The notes under the pieces: model-generated | The model's database searches: none | Told to the model about the DNA's origin: nothing | The model's input: only the letters and a program-made list of their open reading frames with translations | Assembly (NCBI GenBank): GCA_964016885.1 | Contig: OZ024746.1 | Coordinates: 7,936,001-8,000,000 of the forward strand | DNA length: 64,000 nucleotides | Reading direction: 5' to 3' | DNA from: Eledone cirrhosa | Taxonomy: Eukaryota | Program-made: the position numbers and the translations under genes | Shown: in pieces, positions 39,801-59,593 of the stretch | Layout of the letters: each line of letters starts with the position of its first letter | Position numbering within the stretch: position 1 is the stretch's first letter

Positions 39801-40375
39801 TTTCTTAAAACACCTTTCAAGGCATGGTAAAGGACAGTTTTTCTTCATCGACAGAATTCATCAGTTGGAGCATTCACACTCACCAGACACACTCACCATG
39901 TAGCATATCTTCCCTGGCCCAAGGACAGACGCCCCTCCCACATACCCCCCCCCACTGGGAATTCTTCCAATTTATTCACCAGTACAGTCTTAACAGCAAA
40001 TCCCACCCCAGCCTCCTCCTTCAGCCTCTCTTTCCTGAAGAATGTATATTCTCCAGCAAAATTCCGTAAGATGACCATCTCCAGCTAACCTCGTCTCAGC
40101 ACCGATCTCAGAAGCAAGATCGTAACGTCGAAGCTCCTTCGCAACAAGAGCGGTCCTTCGTTCAGGACGCTCCAATCCCTGTCAAGCAGCGTCCGTACGT
40201 TCCAGCAGCCAAGACTAAATGCCCTGTTTGGCTCTATTACAATGGCACGATGACGGGCGGGCCCAGGTTGTGATAACTTGGGGCCCCTGCCCTTATTGCC
40301 AATGATCTTTTTTGTTCCAGAACCCAAATTGGCAATTATCTCGTTTACATTGTTCTGGAACATCATTGAATTGGG
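36576..40375 (-). mobile_element. Near full-length RTE-clade LINE (family A): frameshifted APE endonuclease, intact RT, three C2H2 zinc fingers, 3' stem-loop
   Basis: EN fragments [33 protein letters not shown] and TDHRLV. The 904-aa ORF 36834-39548 has NYRGISLL, QSGFR, FVDLTKAFD, GVKQG, LLYADD and ends with three CxxC..H...H motifs. Confidence 0.96.
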
Positions 40376-40399
40376 AAAAAAAAAAAAAAAAAAAAAAAA

Positions 40400-43780
<3,381 letters not shown>

Positions 43781-45015
43781 AATATGTTGTTAATTGTTAT
43801 TAATTCATATATTTATTAATGACATTAAAGATAATCTTTAGTTCTTTTAATTACCACAAAATAGACAGCTGCTCAGATATTGCATGACTCTAATCTGCTA
43901 AACTTGAGTTGTTTTTCAACTTTAAGTAGTGAATACTTCACCACTAATGTTTTCTTTCAACAACACATCATATCTGAACAATTTAGGTTAGAGTTACATT
44001 AAATGTGACTGATTCATACCATACAATCATGTTTATAGTTTGTAGAGAAGAAAATATAGCAATTTACTACATACTTTTGAATATATTACTATGAGAGAAG
44101 GAATATGATTCAGATTTTAGAATTGGAAACTGTAGTAAAAGCTCTGTAGAGTGATTCAAACTTGGAGGGGCAACGGGGAAAAGATCATCGCTAAAACCTT
44201 AACTCTTAACCCTGTAATGATTTAGTAGAAAATATTTTCAAATAAGTTTGTTAAAGCAAACGTTTATAGTATATTTACTAGTGGACAAATAGGTTGTGAA
44301 AATTTGAGAAAAGACTTAATTTTTAAGGCAATCAAAGTACTGTTGTGTATTTTTCACAAATGTCTTGCTAATGTGGTTTCATATGGTACAGGACGTTATG
44401 AGTTAAAACATTTGCTGCCTTATAAGATAATGCTAGAAAATATATTAAAGACAAGTTACAAATTAAAAAGCTATGCACAAAATAAATAAAAAATTAGTTA
44501 ATTAAAAAGCAAAAATAAATTGCTTAATTAATTTGTTCACATTATTTCTGTTCTGCCTGATAGAAACAGGAAAACAACTGAGGTGAGATGTTCTGTTTAT
44601 AAAACAAAACTACATCTGCTTGATAATTAACAATCCTTTTCATCCTGCTGCTACTACACAACTTGGTTAGGAATTAGACAGAGAAACATGAAACAGCTAA
44701 AGTAATCTAAATAAAGCAGACCAGAGCTACCAATATAAAACAGAAACAGTTGTAATCAAAGACAAAGAAACAACCACATCAGATATAAAACACCAAAATA
44801 TGCTCTATGAAATATTCCAAAGTTTAAATTCACAAATAATAACTACGAGTGAAGGGATTTAGATCTACATATCTTTCTCTCCATGTGTCTGTAATTTAAA
44901 AGATTCATTCACAAATGATTACAAAATTTTAATTATATTGATTAACAATGGCAAAACCGAGTCTGATTTCAGCAATGTTGTCAGGCTTACAGTCAAGTTA
45001 GGTAGATACAGATAC

Positions 45016-45102
45016 CTCATTATAGACTGGAATGGAGGTCTGTAATGTGCAAGGAAATTGGCTTTTCTCCACTTACCAGTTGTGTCAGCCACACTCATGA
45101 AC
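45016..45102 (-). CDS. Candidate internal coding exon (87 nt, phase 2/2): (R)FMSVADTTGKWRKANFLAHYRPPFQSIM(R); product unknown
   Basis: Poly-T tract and ttgcag acceptor, open frame, AG|gtatct donor, length divisible by 3, non-repetitive context. No homology recognised. Confidence 0.35.
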
Positions 45103-45318
45103 CTGCAATCTTTTTGAAGAAGTAAAAAAAAAAAAGCATATATTATTGGCCTCTATATCACATCAAACACATCTAAGTATATATATATATGTGACAAAAT
45201 GGCACTTGTGTTTTAAGATTTCAGTGTTAACTGAATGTTCGCTGTAAAGTTGGAACCAAAAGGAGCAGAAAATGTCAATAATCCAGAATCTCCAAGAACT
45301 GAGGAGGGAAATGAGAAA

Positions 45319-45515
45319 GTTAACGAGACATTTAACACCAGAAACTCAGGTGAGAACTGGGTTAACAGAGACATTTGACACCAGAAACTCAGAAATGAAC
45401 TGAGTTAACAGAAGACATTTGACACTAGAAACTCAGGTGAGAACTGAGTTAACAGAGGACATTTGACACCAGAAAACTCAGGCGAGAACTGACAAAATTA
45501 ACAAGAGTGTTTGAC
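45319..45515. repeat. Minisatellite of about 42 bp (gttaacagagacatttgacaccagaaactcaggtgagaactga)
   Basis: 4-5 diverged copies. Confidence 0.85.
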
Positions 45516-46150
45516 ATAAAACAAAGAGACAGAAAAAAATGAGATGGTGGAATGCATGTGTGTATATTTTGGAAGATGTTACACAGGTAAAAACAACATT
45601 TGAGTGAAATCTATAACAAGACTGTTCAAAATCACTAAGGCATTTTAATGACATAAAACCACCACAGTGTAGTTGAAATTCATGTTTTTTTTTTCTGAGA
45701 TAATTCATTAGAGTCATTTTATCCCAAATCTACAAGGGACCAAATAGTTATCAATTAATTTTGTTTGTATTACTTTGAGATAGAGTTTAAATTAATCTAG
45801 ATTTTTAATTTTGTCTATCACTACAGCTAGTCACCATGAAGTTGTAATTTTAAACAGTTTAGTACAGAATTAGACTCAACAACTTTATAAAGGCAATGAT
45901 AACAAGCTAATGAACCAATCATTGCTCCAATAATCTAGATATTCCAATACCACTGATTAGTACGAAACGAAAACACTTTATTTAGTCTATTATCATGCCC
46001 TAGAGGCACAAATTCCTGCTACAAGGAAAGTGAGGTTTGATATTTGACATCACAGATGATACAATATTTACGCATGGGGTCTGTGTGCATACATATATAT
46101 ATATACACACACATATATATATATATACACACACACATATATATATATAT

Positions 46151-46195
<45 letters not shown>

Positions 46196-46308
46196 TATAT
46201 ATATATATATATATATATATACCACAATATATACTCATACATATATACTCATATATATATATACACACACATATATATATATTATACACACACACATATA
46301 TATATATT

Positions 46309-46351
<43 letters not shown>

Positions 46352-46503
46352 GATATATACACACATATATACTCAGTACATATATACTATATATATATAT
46401 ACACATATATATATATATATACACATATACACATATATTATATATACACATATATATATATATACACATATATATATATATACACATATATATATATATA
46501 CAC

Positions 46504-46545
<42 letters not shown>

Positions 46546-46608
46546 TATATATAGATATACACACACATATATATAGAGTATACACACATATATATATATA
46601 TTATACAC

Positions 46609-46643
<35 letters not shown>

Positions 46644-46719
46644 TATACACATATATGTATATATATACACATATATATATATAGTATATATATATATATT
46701 TACAGATATGTATATATAT

Positions 46720-46757
<38 letters not shown>

Positions 46758-47014
46758 GTATATATATATACACATATATATATATATATATACACATATA
46801 TATATATATATACACATATATATATATACATATACACATATATATATAATATATACATATACACATATATATATTATATACAGTATACATATATATATAT
46901 ATATACATATACACATATATATATATATACATATACACATATATATATATATATACATATACACATATATATATAGTAATACATATACGATATACATATA
47001 CATATATACATATA

Positions 47015-47045
<31 letters not shown>

Positions 47046-47535
47046 TTAATATTATATATATACATATATATTATATATACATATACACATATACTATATT
47101 ATACATATATATATTATACATATACACACATATATATATATAGATACACATATATATATATATATACACATATATATATATATTATACACATATATATAT
47201 ATATATACACATATATATATATACACACATATATATATATATATACATACACATATATATATATACATACACATATATATATATACATACACTATATATA
47301 TACATACACATATATATGTACATACACATATATATATATGTACATACACATATATATATATATACATACACATATATATATATATACATACACATATATA
47401 TATATATACATACACATATATATATATATATATATACACATATATATATATATATATATACACATATATATATATATATATAACATATATATATATATAT
47501 ATATATACACATACATATATATATATAATATACAC

Positions 47536-47566
<31 letters not shown>

Positions 47567-47721
47567 TATATATATACACATATACACATATATATATATA
47601 TACACATATATATATATATATACACATATATATATATATTTACACATATATATATATATACACATATATATATATACACATATATATATACACATATATA
47701 TATACACATATATATATACAC

Positions 47722-47752
<31 letters not shown>

Positions 47753-47960
47753 TATATATATACACATATATATATATATATACACATATATATATATATA
47801 TACACATATATATATATATATACACATATATATATATATATACACATATATATATATATACACATATATATATATATATACACATATATATATATATATT
47901 ACATATATATATATATACACATATATATATACACATATATATATATATATATATACACAT

Positions 47961-47997
<37 letters not shown>

Positions 47998-48911
47998 CAC
48001 ATATATATATATATATATATACATACACAGATATATTATTATACATACACATATATACACATACACATATATATATACACATATATATATACACATATAT
48101 ATATATTACACATATATATATATACACATATATATACACATATATATATTTACACATATATATATATACATATATATATATATACCACATATATACACAT
48201 ATATACACATATATATATATATTATATACACATATATATATATACACATATATATAATATATATACACATATATATATATACACATATATTATATACACA
48301 TATATATATACACATATATATATATACACATATATATATACACAGATATATATATACACATATATATATACACACATATATATATACACATATATATACA
48401 CACATATATATACACACATATATATATACACATATATATATATACACATATATATATACACATATATATATATACACATATATATATATACACATATATA
48501 TATATACACATATATATATATACACATATATATATATACACATATATATATACACATATATATATATACACATATATATATATACACATATATATATACA
48601 CAAATATATATATACACATATATATATACACATATATATTTACATATATATATATACACATATATATATACACATATATATATACACATATATATACATA
48701 TATATATACACATATATATATATACATATATATATATACATATATATATATACACATATATATATACACATATATATATACACATATATATATACACATA
48801 TATTTATACACATATATATATACACATATATATATACACATATATATATACACATATATATATATATACAATATATATATACATATATATATATACACAC
48901 ATATATACATA

Positions 48912-48943
<32 letters not shown>

Positions 48944-49137
48944 CATATATATATATACATACATATATATATATACATATATATATATACATATACATAT
49001 ATATATATACATATACATACATATATATATATACATATATATACATATATATATATATACATACATATATATATATATATATACATACATATATAATATA
49101 CATATATATATATATACATACATATATATATATATAC

Positions 49138-49258
<121 letters not shown>

Positions 49259-49276
49259 CAATACATACATATATAC

Positions 49277-49339
<63 letters not shown>

Positions 49340-49340
49340 C

Positions 49341-49407
<67 letters not shown>

Positions 49408-49432
49408 CATATATATACACATATATATACAC

Positions 49433-49485
<53 letters not shown>

Positions 49486-49528
49486 CATATATATATACAT
49501 ATATATATATATATACATATATATATAC

Positions 49529-49673
<145 letters not shown>

Positions 49674-49693
49674 CATATATATATATTATATAC

Positions 49694-49764
<71 letters not shown>

Positions 49765-49765
49765 G

Positions 49766-49798
<33 letters not shown>

Positions 49799-49805
49799 TA
49801 TACAC

Positions 49806-49836
<31 letters not shown>

Positions 49837-50138
49837 CAAATATATATATACATATATATATATACATATATATATATACATACATGTATATACACATATA
49901 TATATATATATACACACATATATATATATATATATACACACATATATATATATATACATATATATATACATACATATATATATACATACATATATATATA
50001 CATATATATATATACATACATATATATATACATATATATAATACATACATACATACATATATATATACATATATATATACATACATATATATATACATAC
50101 ATATATATATACATACATATATATATACATACATATAT

Positions 50139-50401
50139 GGTGGCTGCCAACTCGTTTTCGAGTACGGCCACTACTTTATATCCATGTAGGAGAACCCCTA
50201 CCGATGCGCTGAACGAGTGTGACTTTTTAGTCCAGCCAGTGACTTGAAAACTCTGGTACAAACACTACACTTGTGACAATTATTGACACATAGTGCTGGG
50301 CCCATGGTACCATGTGACGACAAGTGCAGAGAGATCTCCAGATATAAAGCAATGCCTGTGCCGTGAAGCTTTTATAGTGAGCAAAGGCACTGCACAAAGC
50401 C
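50139..50401 (-). mobile_element. 3' end of a divergent RTE family A relative (last C2H2 finger plus terminal stem-loop)
   Basis: Minus strand reads [25 protein letters not shown] followed by gtggccgtactcgaaaacgagttggcagccac. Confidence 0.85.
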
Positions 50402-50487
50402 ATATATATATACATACATACATACATATATACATATATACATATATACATACATATATACATATATATACATACATATATACATAC

Positions 50488-50522
<35 letters not shown>

Positions 50523-50549
50523 CATACATATATATATATATATACATAC

Positions 50550-50584
<35 letters not shown>

Positions 50585-50722
50585 CATACATATATATATA
50601 TATATACATACATATATATATATATATACATACATATATTATATATATATACATACATATATATATATATATACATACATATATATATATATATACATAC
50701 ATAATATATATATATACATACA

Positions 50723-50762
<40 letters not shown>

Positions 50763-52616
50763 CATACATATATATATATTATATACATACATATATATAT
50801 AAATACATACATATATATATACATACATATATATATACATACATACATATATATATACATACATATATATATACATACATATATATATATATACATACAT
50901 ATATATATATATACATACATATATATATATATACATACATATATATAATATATACATACATATATATATATATACATACATATATATATATATACATACA
51001 TATATATATATATACATACATATATATATATACATACATATATATATATATACATACATATATATATATATACATACATATATATATATATACATACATA
51101 TATATATATATACATACATATATATATATATACATACATATATATATATATACATACATATATATATATATACATACATATATATATATATACATACATA
51201 TATATATATATACATACATATATATATATATACATACATATATATATATATACATACATATATATATATATACATACATATATATATACATACATATATA
51301 TATACATACATACATATATATATACATACATACATATATATATACATACACATATATATATACATACACATATATATATACATACATACATACATATATA
51401 CATACATACATACATATATACATACATATATACATACATACATACATATATACATACATACATACATATATATATATATACATATATATACATATACATA
51501 TATACATATACATATATATATATACACATATAATATACATACACATATATATACATACACATATATATACATACACATATATATACATACACATATATAT
51601 ACATATATACACATATATATACACATATATATATATACACATATATATATATACACATATATATATATACACATATATATACATATACACATATATACAT
51701 ATATATATACATATACACATATATATACATATATATATACACATATATATATATACACATATATATACACATATATATATATATACACATATATATATAC
51801 ACATATATATATACACATATATATATATACACATATATATATACACATATATATATATACACATATATATATATATACACATATATATACTTATATATAT
51901 ATACACATATACACATATATATACTTATATATATATACACATATATATATATACACACATATACACATATACACATATATATATATATACACACATATAC
52001 ACATATACACATATATATATATATACACACATATACACATATACACATATATATATATATACACACATATATATATACACATATATATATATACACATAT
52101 ATATATATACACATATATATATATACACACATATATATATATACACATATATATATATACACACATATATATATACACATATATATATATACACATATAT
52201 ATATATACACATATATATATACACACATATATATATACATATATATATATACATATATATATATACACATATATATATATACACATATATATATACACAT
52301 ATATATACATATATATATATACACATATATATACATATATATATATACACATATATATACATATATATATATACATATATATATATACACATATATATAC
52401 ATATATATATATACACATATATATACATATATATATACATATATATATATACACATATATATATATACACATATATATATATACACATATATATATATAC
52501 ACATATATATACATATATATATATACACATATATATACATATATATATATACACATATATATACATATATATATATACACATAGATATATACACATATAT
52601 ATATATATATATATAT

Positions 52617-52741
52617 GGTCGAAACGGCTTGAGCTCAGCTGTCGGGGTCTTACTGGTTCCTATTACCCACTCTACTACCTCAAGTATTGAGTACTTTGGT
52701 GCGTTATGGTCCACCTGGTTCCTTACCACATTTCCTTCGTT
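52617..52741 (+). mobile_element. PLE-end A copy (half hammerhead)
   Basis: Near-identical to 1-125 and embedded in (TA)n. Confidence 0.65.
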
Positions 52742-52823
52742 ATATACATATATATATATATATATATACATATATATATACACATATATATATACACATA
52801 TATATACACATATATATATATAC

Positions 52824-52873
<50 letters not shown>

Positions 52874-53117
52874 ATATACATATACATATATACATATATA
52901 CATATACATATACATATATACATATATACATATACATATATACATATACATATATACATATACATATATACATATACATATATACATATATATACATATA
53001 CATATATACATATACATATATACATATATATATATATACATATATATATATACATATATACATATATATACATATATATATATACATATATACATATACA
53101 TATATACATATATATAC

Positions 53118-53148
<31 letters not shown>

Positions 53149-53171
53149 CATATATACATATATATATATAT

Positions 53172-53214
<43 letters not shown>

Positions 53215-53877
53215 TACATATATATACATATATATATACATATATATATATACATATATATATACATATATATATATACATATATATATACATATATATA
53301 TATACATACATATATATATATACATATATATATACATATATATATATACATATATATATATACATATATATATATACATATATATATATACATATATATA
53401 TATACATATATATATATACATATATATATATACATATATATATATACATATATATATATACATATATATATATACATATATATATATACATATATATATA
53501 TACATATATATATATACATATATATATATACATATATATATATACATATATATATATACATATATATATATACATATATATATATACATATATATATATA
53601 CATATATATATATACATATATATATATACATATATATATATACATATATATATATACATATATATATATACATATATATACATATATATATATACATATA
53701 CACATATACATATACACACATATATATATATACATATACACATATATATATATACATATACATATATATATATATATATATACATATACACATATATATA
53801 TATACATATACACATATATATATATACACATATATATATATACATATACACATATATATATATATATACACATATAT

Positions 53878-53920
<43 letters not shown>

Positions 53921-54032
53921 TATATATCAGTGCATAGCATCTTTGGCAACTATCTCTTCCCATTGCCATGGGTCAACCTAAGCCTTATGAATGACATTAG
54001 GTTTACATACATAAACACACACACAGTACATA

Positions 54033-54087
54033 CATATGTCATCATCATTCATTTAACATCTGCTTAAATGAATGATGATGACATATG
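54033..54087. repeat. Perfect hairpin, 24-bp arms, 7-nt loop
   Basis: catatgtcatcatcattcatttaa catctgc ttaaatgaatgatgatgacatatg. Confidence 0.95.
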
Positions 54088-57000
54088 CATTGCGTGTGTA
54101 CACACACACACACACACATAAAGTACATCATTTACTGCAATATATCCTATCTATGTTACAGAAAACAGTATTTAACACACACATATATATAACATATATA
54201 TATTAAAAAATACCCAATAAGTTTTTTTTTAAAAAGCCAGCCCAATGCAGTAGAAAACATGAAGGACAAATGCTGGTAAGTATAACAAAGTAATGTTTTA
54301 CCCAGTATATTATGGCATATTTCAGGGTTATTACCCTTTTATTTTTTTTAGATACGGGGCTGAAACAGTCTTAGATAAAACAGGAGCGATTTGACTTTTC
54401 TTCTGGAGAAAAAAACTTATCAGTCGTTTACTACACATCTCACAATGCTTCACATTAACTACACTATTCTCTCTCATATATATATATCAGGGGTCCCAAT
54501 TCTTTATAATACATATATATTCACATACATCTGGAGCATAATATATATATAGTTCATGATAAAAAGAGTGGTACAATTGCAAATCAACAACTGGGATACA
54601 TATATTAAAATAAATATAGGGATAGACAGGTTTTCTTGGGCAAAAATTTGGCAGGGAGTCACTTTGCTTCATACAGTACATTCCAAATGTATATACCTAT
54701 ATTTTTATTTACATATTGTATTGAGCATTCTCTTTTCAGTAACATAGGAAGGAAACATCAATCCATTTATGGTCTCTAAATTTCTGATGGAGTTGTATGG
54801 GCATTGCCATGTCTTGTGCATTTTAACTTGATGGAGCCCAGCAAGAGAGAGAGAGGAAGAATGAACCCAAGTATTGGACTGGTATTTTATCAACCATGAA
54901 AGGATGTAAGGCAAATTTAACCTCAGCAGTATTTGAACTCAGAGAAAAGATGGCTGGAATGAATCCCATGAAGCATTCTATCTGACATTCTAACAACTTT
55001 GCTAATTCAAAGTTTATAAGGAAGATATGTTAAACTAAATGAAGATATACTTTGTTAGAAATTTACTCATTTGTATAATTCCCATCTAGATATGAATTTA
55101 TTACTGAGCCCTTTTCTGTATGCTGAAATTTATATGAAGAAATGAAATGTTTTTAGCAACTTCCCATGTCTCATGATACAAATATTACATTAACAGATTT
55201 TCTGTATCAAATGATTTTCACAGTCTCCCTTCACCACATAACAAAAAGGCAGCTAAGAGCAATTTTTATAAATGGACAGCTTTCCCATGTTGTAAATGTT
55301 TTCCAATCACAACATGGCATTTTCTGAACAAAAGTCAATGTATTTATATGCTAAATTTAGCTAATTATTTATGATTGGGATGAAGTAGGATGATCCAGGA
55401 CCAAGTAAGGGATAAATTAAATTCATGTTTAATTTAATGTGTCTCCACCATGAGTGTTGTCTAATGGCTGAAAGCAGCAAAAGAATTTGTCTTTGTCACT
55501 GATTTGTCATTGTATCATTCTTTACATAACCAGTATGTGTGCGTGTGAATGCAGCTAAATAACAAAATGATTTATTAGGAAGACAATGCTCTTTCTTAGA
55601 CTGATACTTCAAATTCAGAGTCCCAAAAGTCCCCTAGGTATATGACTGTCAAATATCATGCATGTTTATTAAATATATTTTTAAATACCTAGGTGAGTTT
55701 TCAGGACATCCTGTATATCCCTAAACCATCCAATGCAGTAAGTTATAAGTTATATCCTAAATGACACACTATTTCATAAACTGAGTGAAGAATTTAAAAG
55801 AAATCCACCCAAAGAAACATCATTACGACCATCCCCTATCATGCATAGTTGACTGTGTATATTGGATCATGGGAAGAGTAAGGCTAACATTAATACAAGA
55901 GAGAGTGTATAAAGAAGACTGAGATCTATCTTTGCTTTGGTTGTCCCAAGCATCAATTAAGATATTTAAACATTTGTCATATGTTGCATCCACATTACAC
56001 ACACACAAATTTATATATATATATATAATATATATATATATTGAGTTAAGAACCCAGAGTAGTCTCTTACAATTAAATAGCTCTAAGAAAAAAGCTTTTC
56101 CGAGTCGTACAATATAATTGTTTATTCAATTATACATATATATACATATTATATATATATATATATAATGTATGTATGTATGTTCTGAAGAATGACAGCA
56201 GAGTAAGATGTGATTTTTTTAGGCTGATGGTATAAAGTTACATAACTACCATTCATTAGTCTGCAAATCAATAACTTTTGCTCTCTGAAACAATTGTAAA
56301 ACAATTGCCTCACTTTGCTTTTTTTTTTTCTTTCATTGTTTAATACTATATATATATATATCCATGCATATATATATATATATGTGTATATATAGATATA
56401 ATTATGTTAACATATTTATTTCTCTTTAAATTCTCAGTGAATTTATCAAGTATAAAAATTATAGAAACTAGTTTGAGAATGCTCTTTAGAATTAAACTTT
56501 ACTTTATGTTTCAATGTAAAAGGAAAACTAATGGAAAAAAAAAAACTAACAAGGATAAAAATATTGTTTTTCAGACAACTACCCAATTCTTTGAAACCTT
56601 TTTACAAATAAATCACAGATTTATGATAACTACAAGAACTATACAATCTTACAAATGTCTACAACATGTTTTGTGTCTGTGTTTAAAAAGAACAGAGCAA
56701 AATCTGACTTTATGAGGAGTAAAATGCAACAAAATTCAAAACAAAACTCTTAGACATTTCTTTAAAGCATTCATGTTGTAATAAAACTAAAATATAAACT
56801 GAAAAAAAAAAAGAAAAAAAAAATTTCATGCAACACAAAAGAGATTTAGCTTTAAAAATATTTTTCTGAAATTTTGTATTTATTTTTCATATACAGTATT
56901 TTATTTCTCAATTCATTATTTTGATTTGTGGTGAAAATCGAAAGCCATATAACGGCTATTCAACATATAAGATATATAAATATACTCTTGACTTGTGAGT

Positions 57001-57565
57001 CAAACATAAAATACTAATCAATCACAAACATACACACATATACACCATACAGTTCCTAAAGTAAATAGCTATAACCTTATCTCATTGTTAGATATAAACA
57101 AGAATCCTTAGTGACAAATGCTAAGAGGTAGAGAAGTTATTATTTGAAGGAATTAACTTAGAATTTGTTTCCAACAAGTTAGACTCTGACCTGAGTAACT
57201 AAGTGACACATAACTATATACAATAGACTAACTTCAAATTGCTTTACTATCTAATGACTGCAGCTTAATATATACAAAGAGGAAAATATTGAGACAAAAA
57301 ATCTGAAAAAAATTTTCAGTAAAACTACTAAAATCAACACAAGCAGGATTTGTGTTAGTCAATTGACTTTCATCAAATCGGACCGAGGAAACAATGTCTT
57401 TCCAATTGCTAATACTATCTATTGGTCGCAACTCCAGGCAGAAGGAGCAACGTGAAATAAAGTGTCTTGCTCAAGGATATAACGCATCGCCCGGTCCATG
57501 AATCAAATTCACAACTTCACGATTGTGAATTCAATTCTCTAACCACTCGGTCGCGTGCCTTCACT

Positions 57566-57622
<57 letters not shown>

Positions 57623-59593
57623 ATTTACTGACCTAACTTCAAATTTACTGACTAAGCACCAAAACTGTAAGTTTGTTTCTAAATTTCTTTACTAAGTTTT
57701 AAGTGGCATTATTCTTGTTTTCTTATATAGTTGTAATTATGTCACTAAGTCATTTCTATTTCTCACACACCCACACATAAAACACAGTTGTAATAAAATA
57801 AAGACTAAAACTAAAATAGAGATATTTTACTTTTTCTGAAAAACCTTCATAAGAAAGACAAGATCGTATTCTAACCATAAATATTTCGTTTTATTTCGTT
57901 TTAATGACCTTCTGGATAGTTTGAGTCTCAATTCTATTTGCCTAAAAATTCCAAAATAAACTTTCTTATAAAACCGTTTTGGAGGAGACAATCTTTAAAT
58001 ATTAGCTTAAAGGAAACATTTGACAAGCAAAACACTATAACTCTTAACAAACAAAGGTCTAATGAAAGTAAATATCACAACATCTAAGAAGTGCTTCATT
58101 CACTATCTGATATAATCAATATTGTCAGTTGTGACTGAACAGTTCAAATCTGTATATTATATACACTCGTTTATGTTGTACCTCAAGATGGTGGTTTGGT
58201 TTAAGTTTTGGGCTAAATGAATAAAAAAGAAGAGGTATAAAACAAATAAAAAGGAAATAAAGACAAAATACAAGTATTCTGAATATTTAGGTCTGACCTG
58301 TTCTTCTAGATACTTTACTGCAACCACAAGGACAACAATACATTCATTATCAACTGATATAGTTGACCACTACATAAACGTATTCATACAAACATACACA
58401 CATACATAGGATTTCATTAACCAGTAATGTACTGGGTAATTGCTGGCCTTGTGCCAAAAGTAGAAACAATTATTACTGATATGTATGTGTGTGTATATAT
58501 ATATATAAAAATAACTTCTACTGGACTAGAACTGTAGAAGTCATTTCTATATAAAATAAAGATACATATACTCTCACAACATATTGAGTACTTTTTTAAT
58601 TGCAGTCTTTTTGAGAATCTACTTTTAATTATATATATATGTATATATATACACATAAATATACTGTATATACTCAAATATAAGCCGATCTGAATATATG
58701 CAATCTTCAACACTGTTTCACAGATCTGTAAGTTGATGGCTTCCAATGATTTATTTAGTAACAATTCCTAAACCTTCAAAAAATACAAAATATGAATTAG
58801 AGGACAGATCCCTAAATGATATTCTGGTTATTGTTTGTTTTAGCCCCTAAGACAACTTACTTAATAAACTTATGATGAAAGGCATTCTAACCATGACCAT
58901 CCTGCCTTATATTCAGATGGTGTGTCTAGCACTAGAAATACTTCTTTGTAATATGAGAGATATTCTATATTAGGCATGGGCAGCCTTTTTTGAGCAGTGG
59001 GTCACATAGGATGTGGCTCATCATATGTCAGACCACACTACTAAAACATTCAAAGCAATTTTGAAATTAGGCATGTGCCATTCAGAAAGCCAAACAAGCC
59101 ATAGTTTTCCCATGACTGTTCTATGTGATTTGTGAGATATTTGGTTGCTATTTTGAGGATGTCAAGCAACCACAAAGAGCTATCATTGTTAGCCCATTAA
59201 CTAAATTATTTTAGTTTTATGTAGTTAAACTTACTATAACCATAACTGACCCAGACTAAACAGTACATCAGCAATATTTAAGTAAAATGTCCCAAACACA
59301 CTAAAAGTATAAAAACACTATGTTCTTCGAAAATATAACCTGTATTTCTATATAACTAATTATATAGAAATAATTAATATAGTTGAAAGGAAAGTAATAC
59401 TGAAAACTTTTTAACTAAATCTTTGGATTATCATAAGTTATATTTCCTACACAACTAAAGTATCGTTTGCATGACAGACCTTGTTAGGAGGATAGAAAGA
59501 AGGAAAATGGAAGGATTGAAAGATTATAAGAGTTATTTCTGATCCCATAATTAAAAAACAAAATAGTTAAGAAAATTTTTTAATTTTTCTTAA

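Noticed and set aside
54310-54352. Hairpin agggt-aata-accct followed by GAAA on the minus strand
   Set aside because: The CUGANGA position is occupied by an A-run, so it is too degenerate to call.
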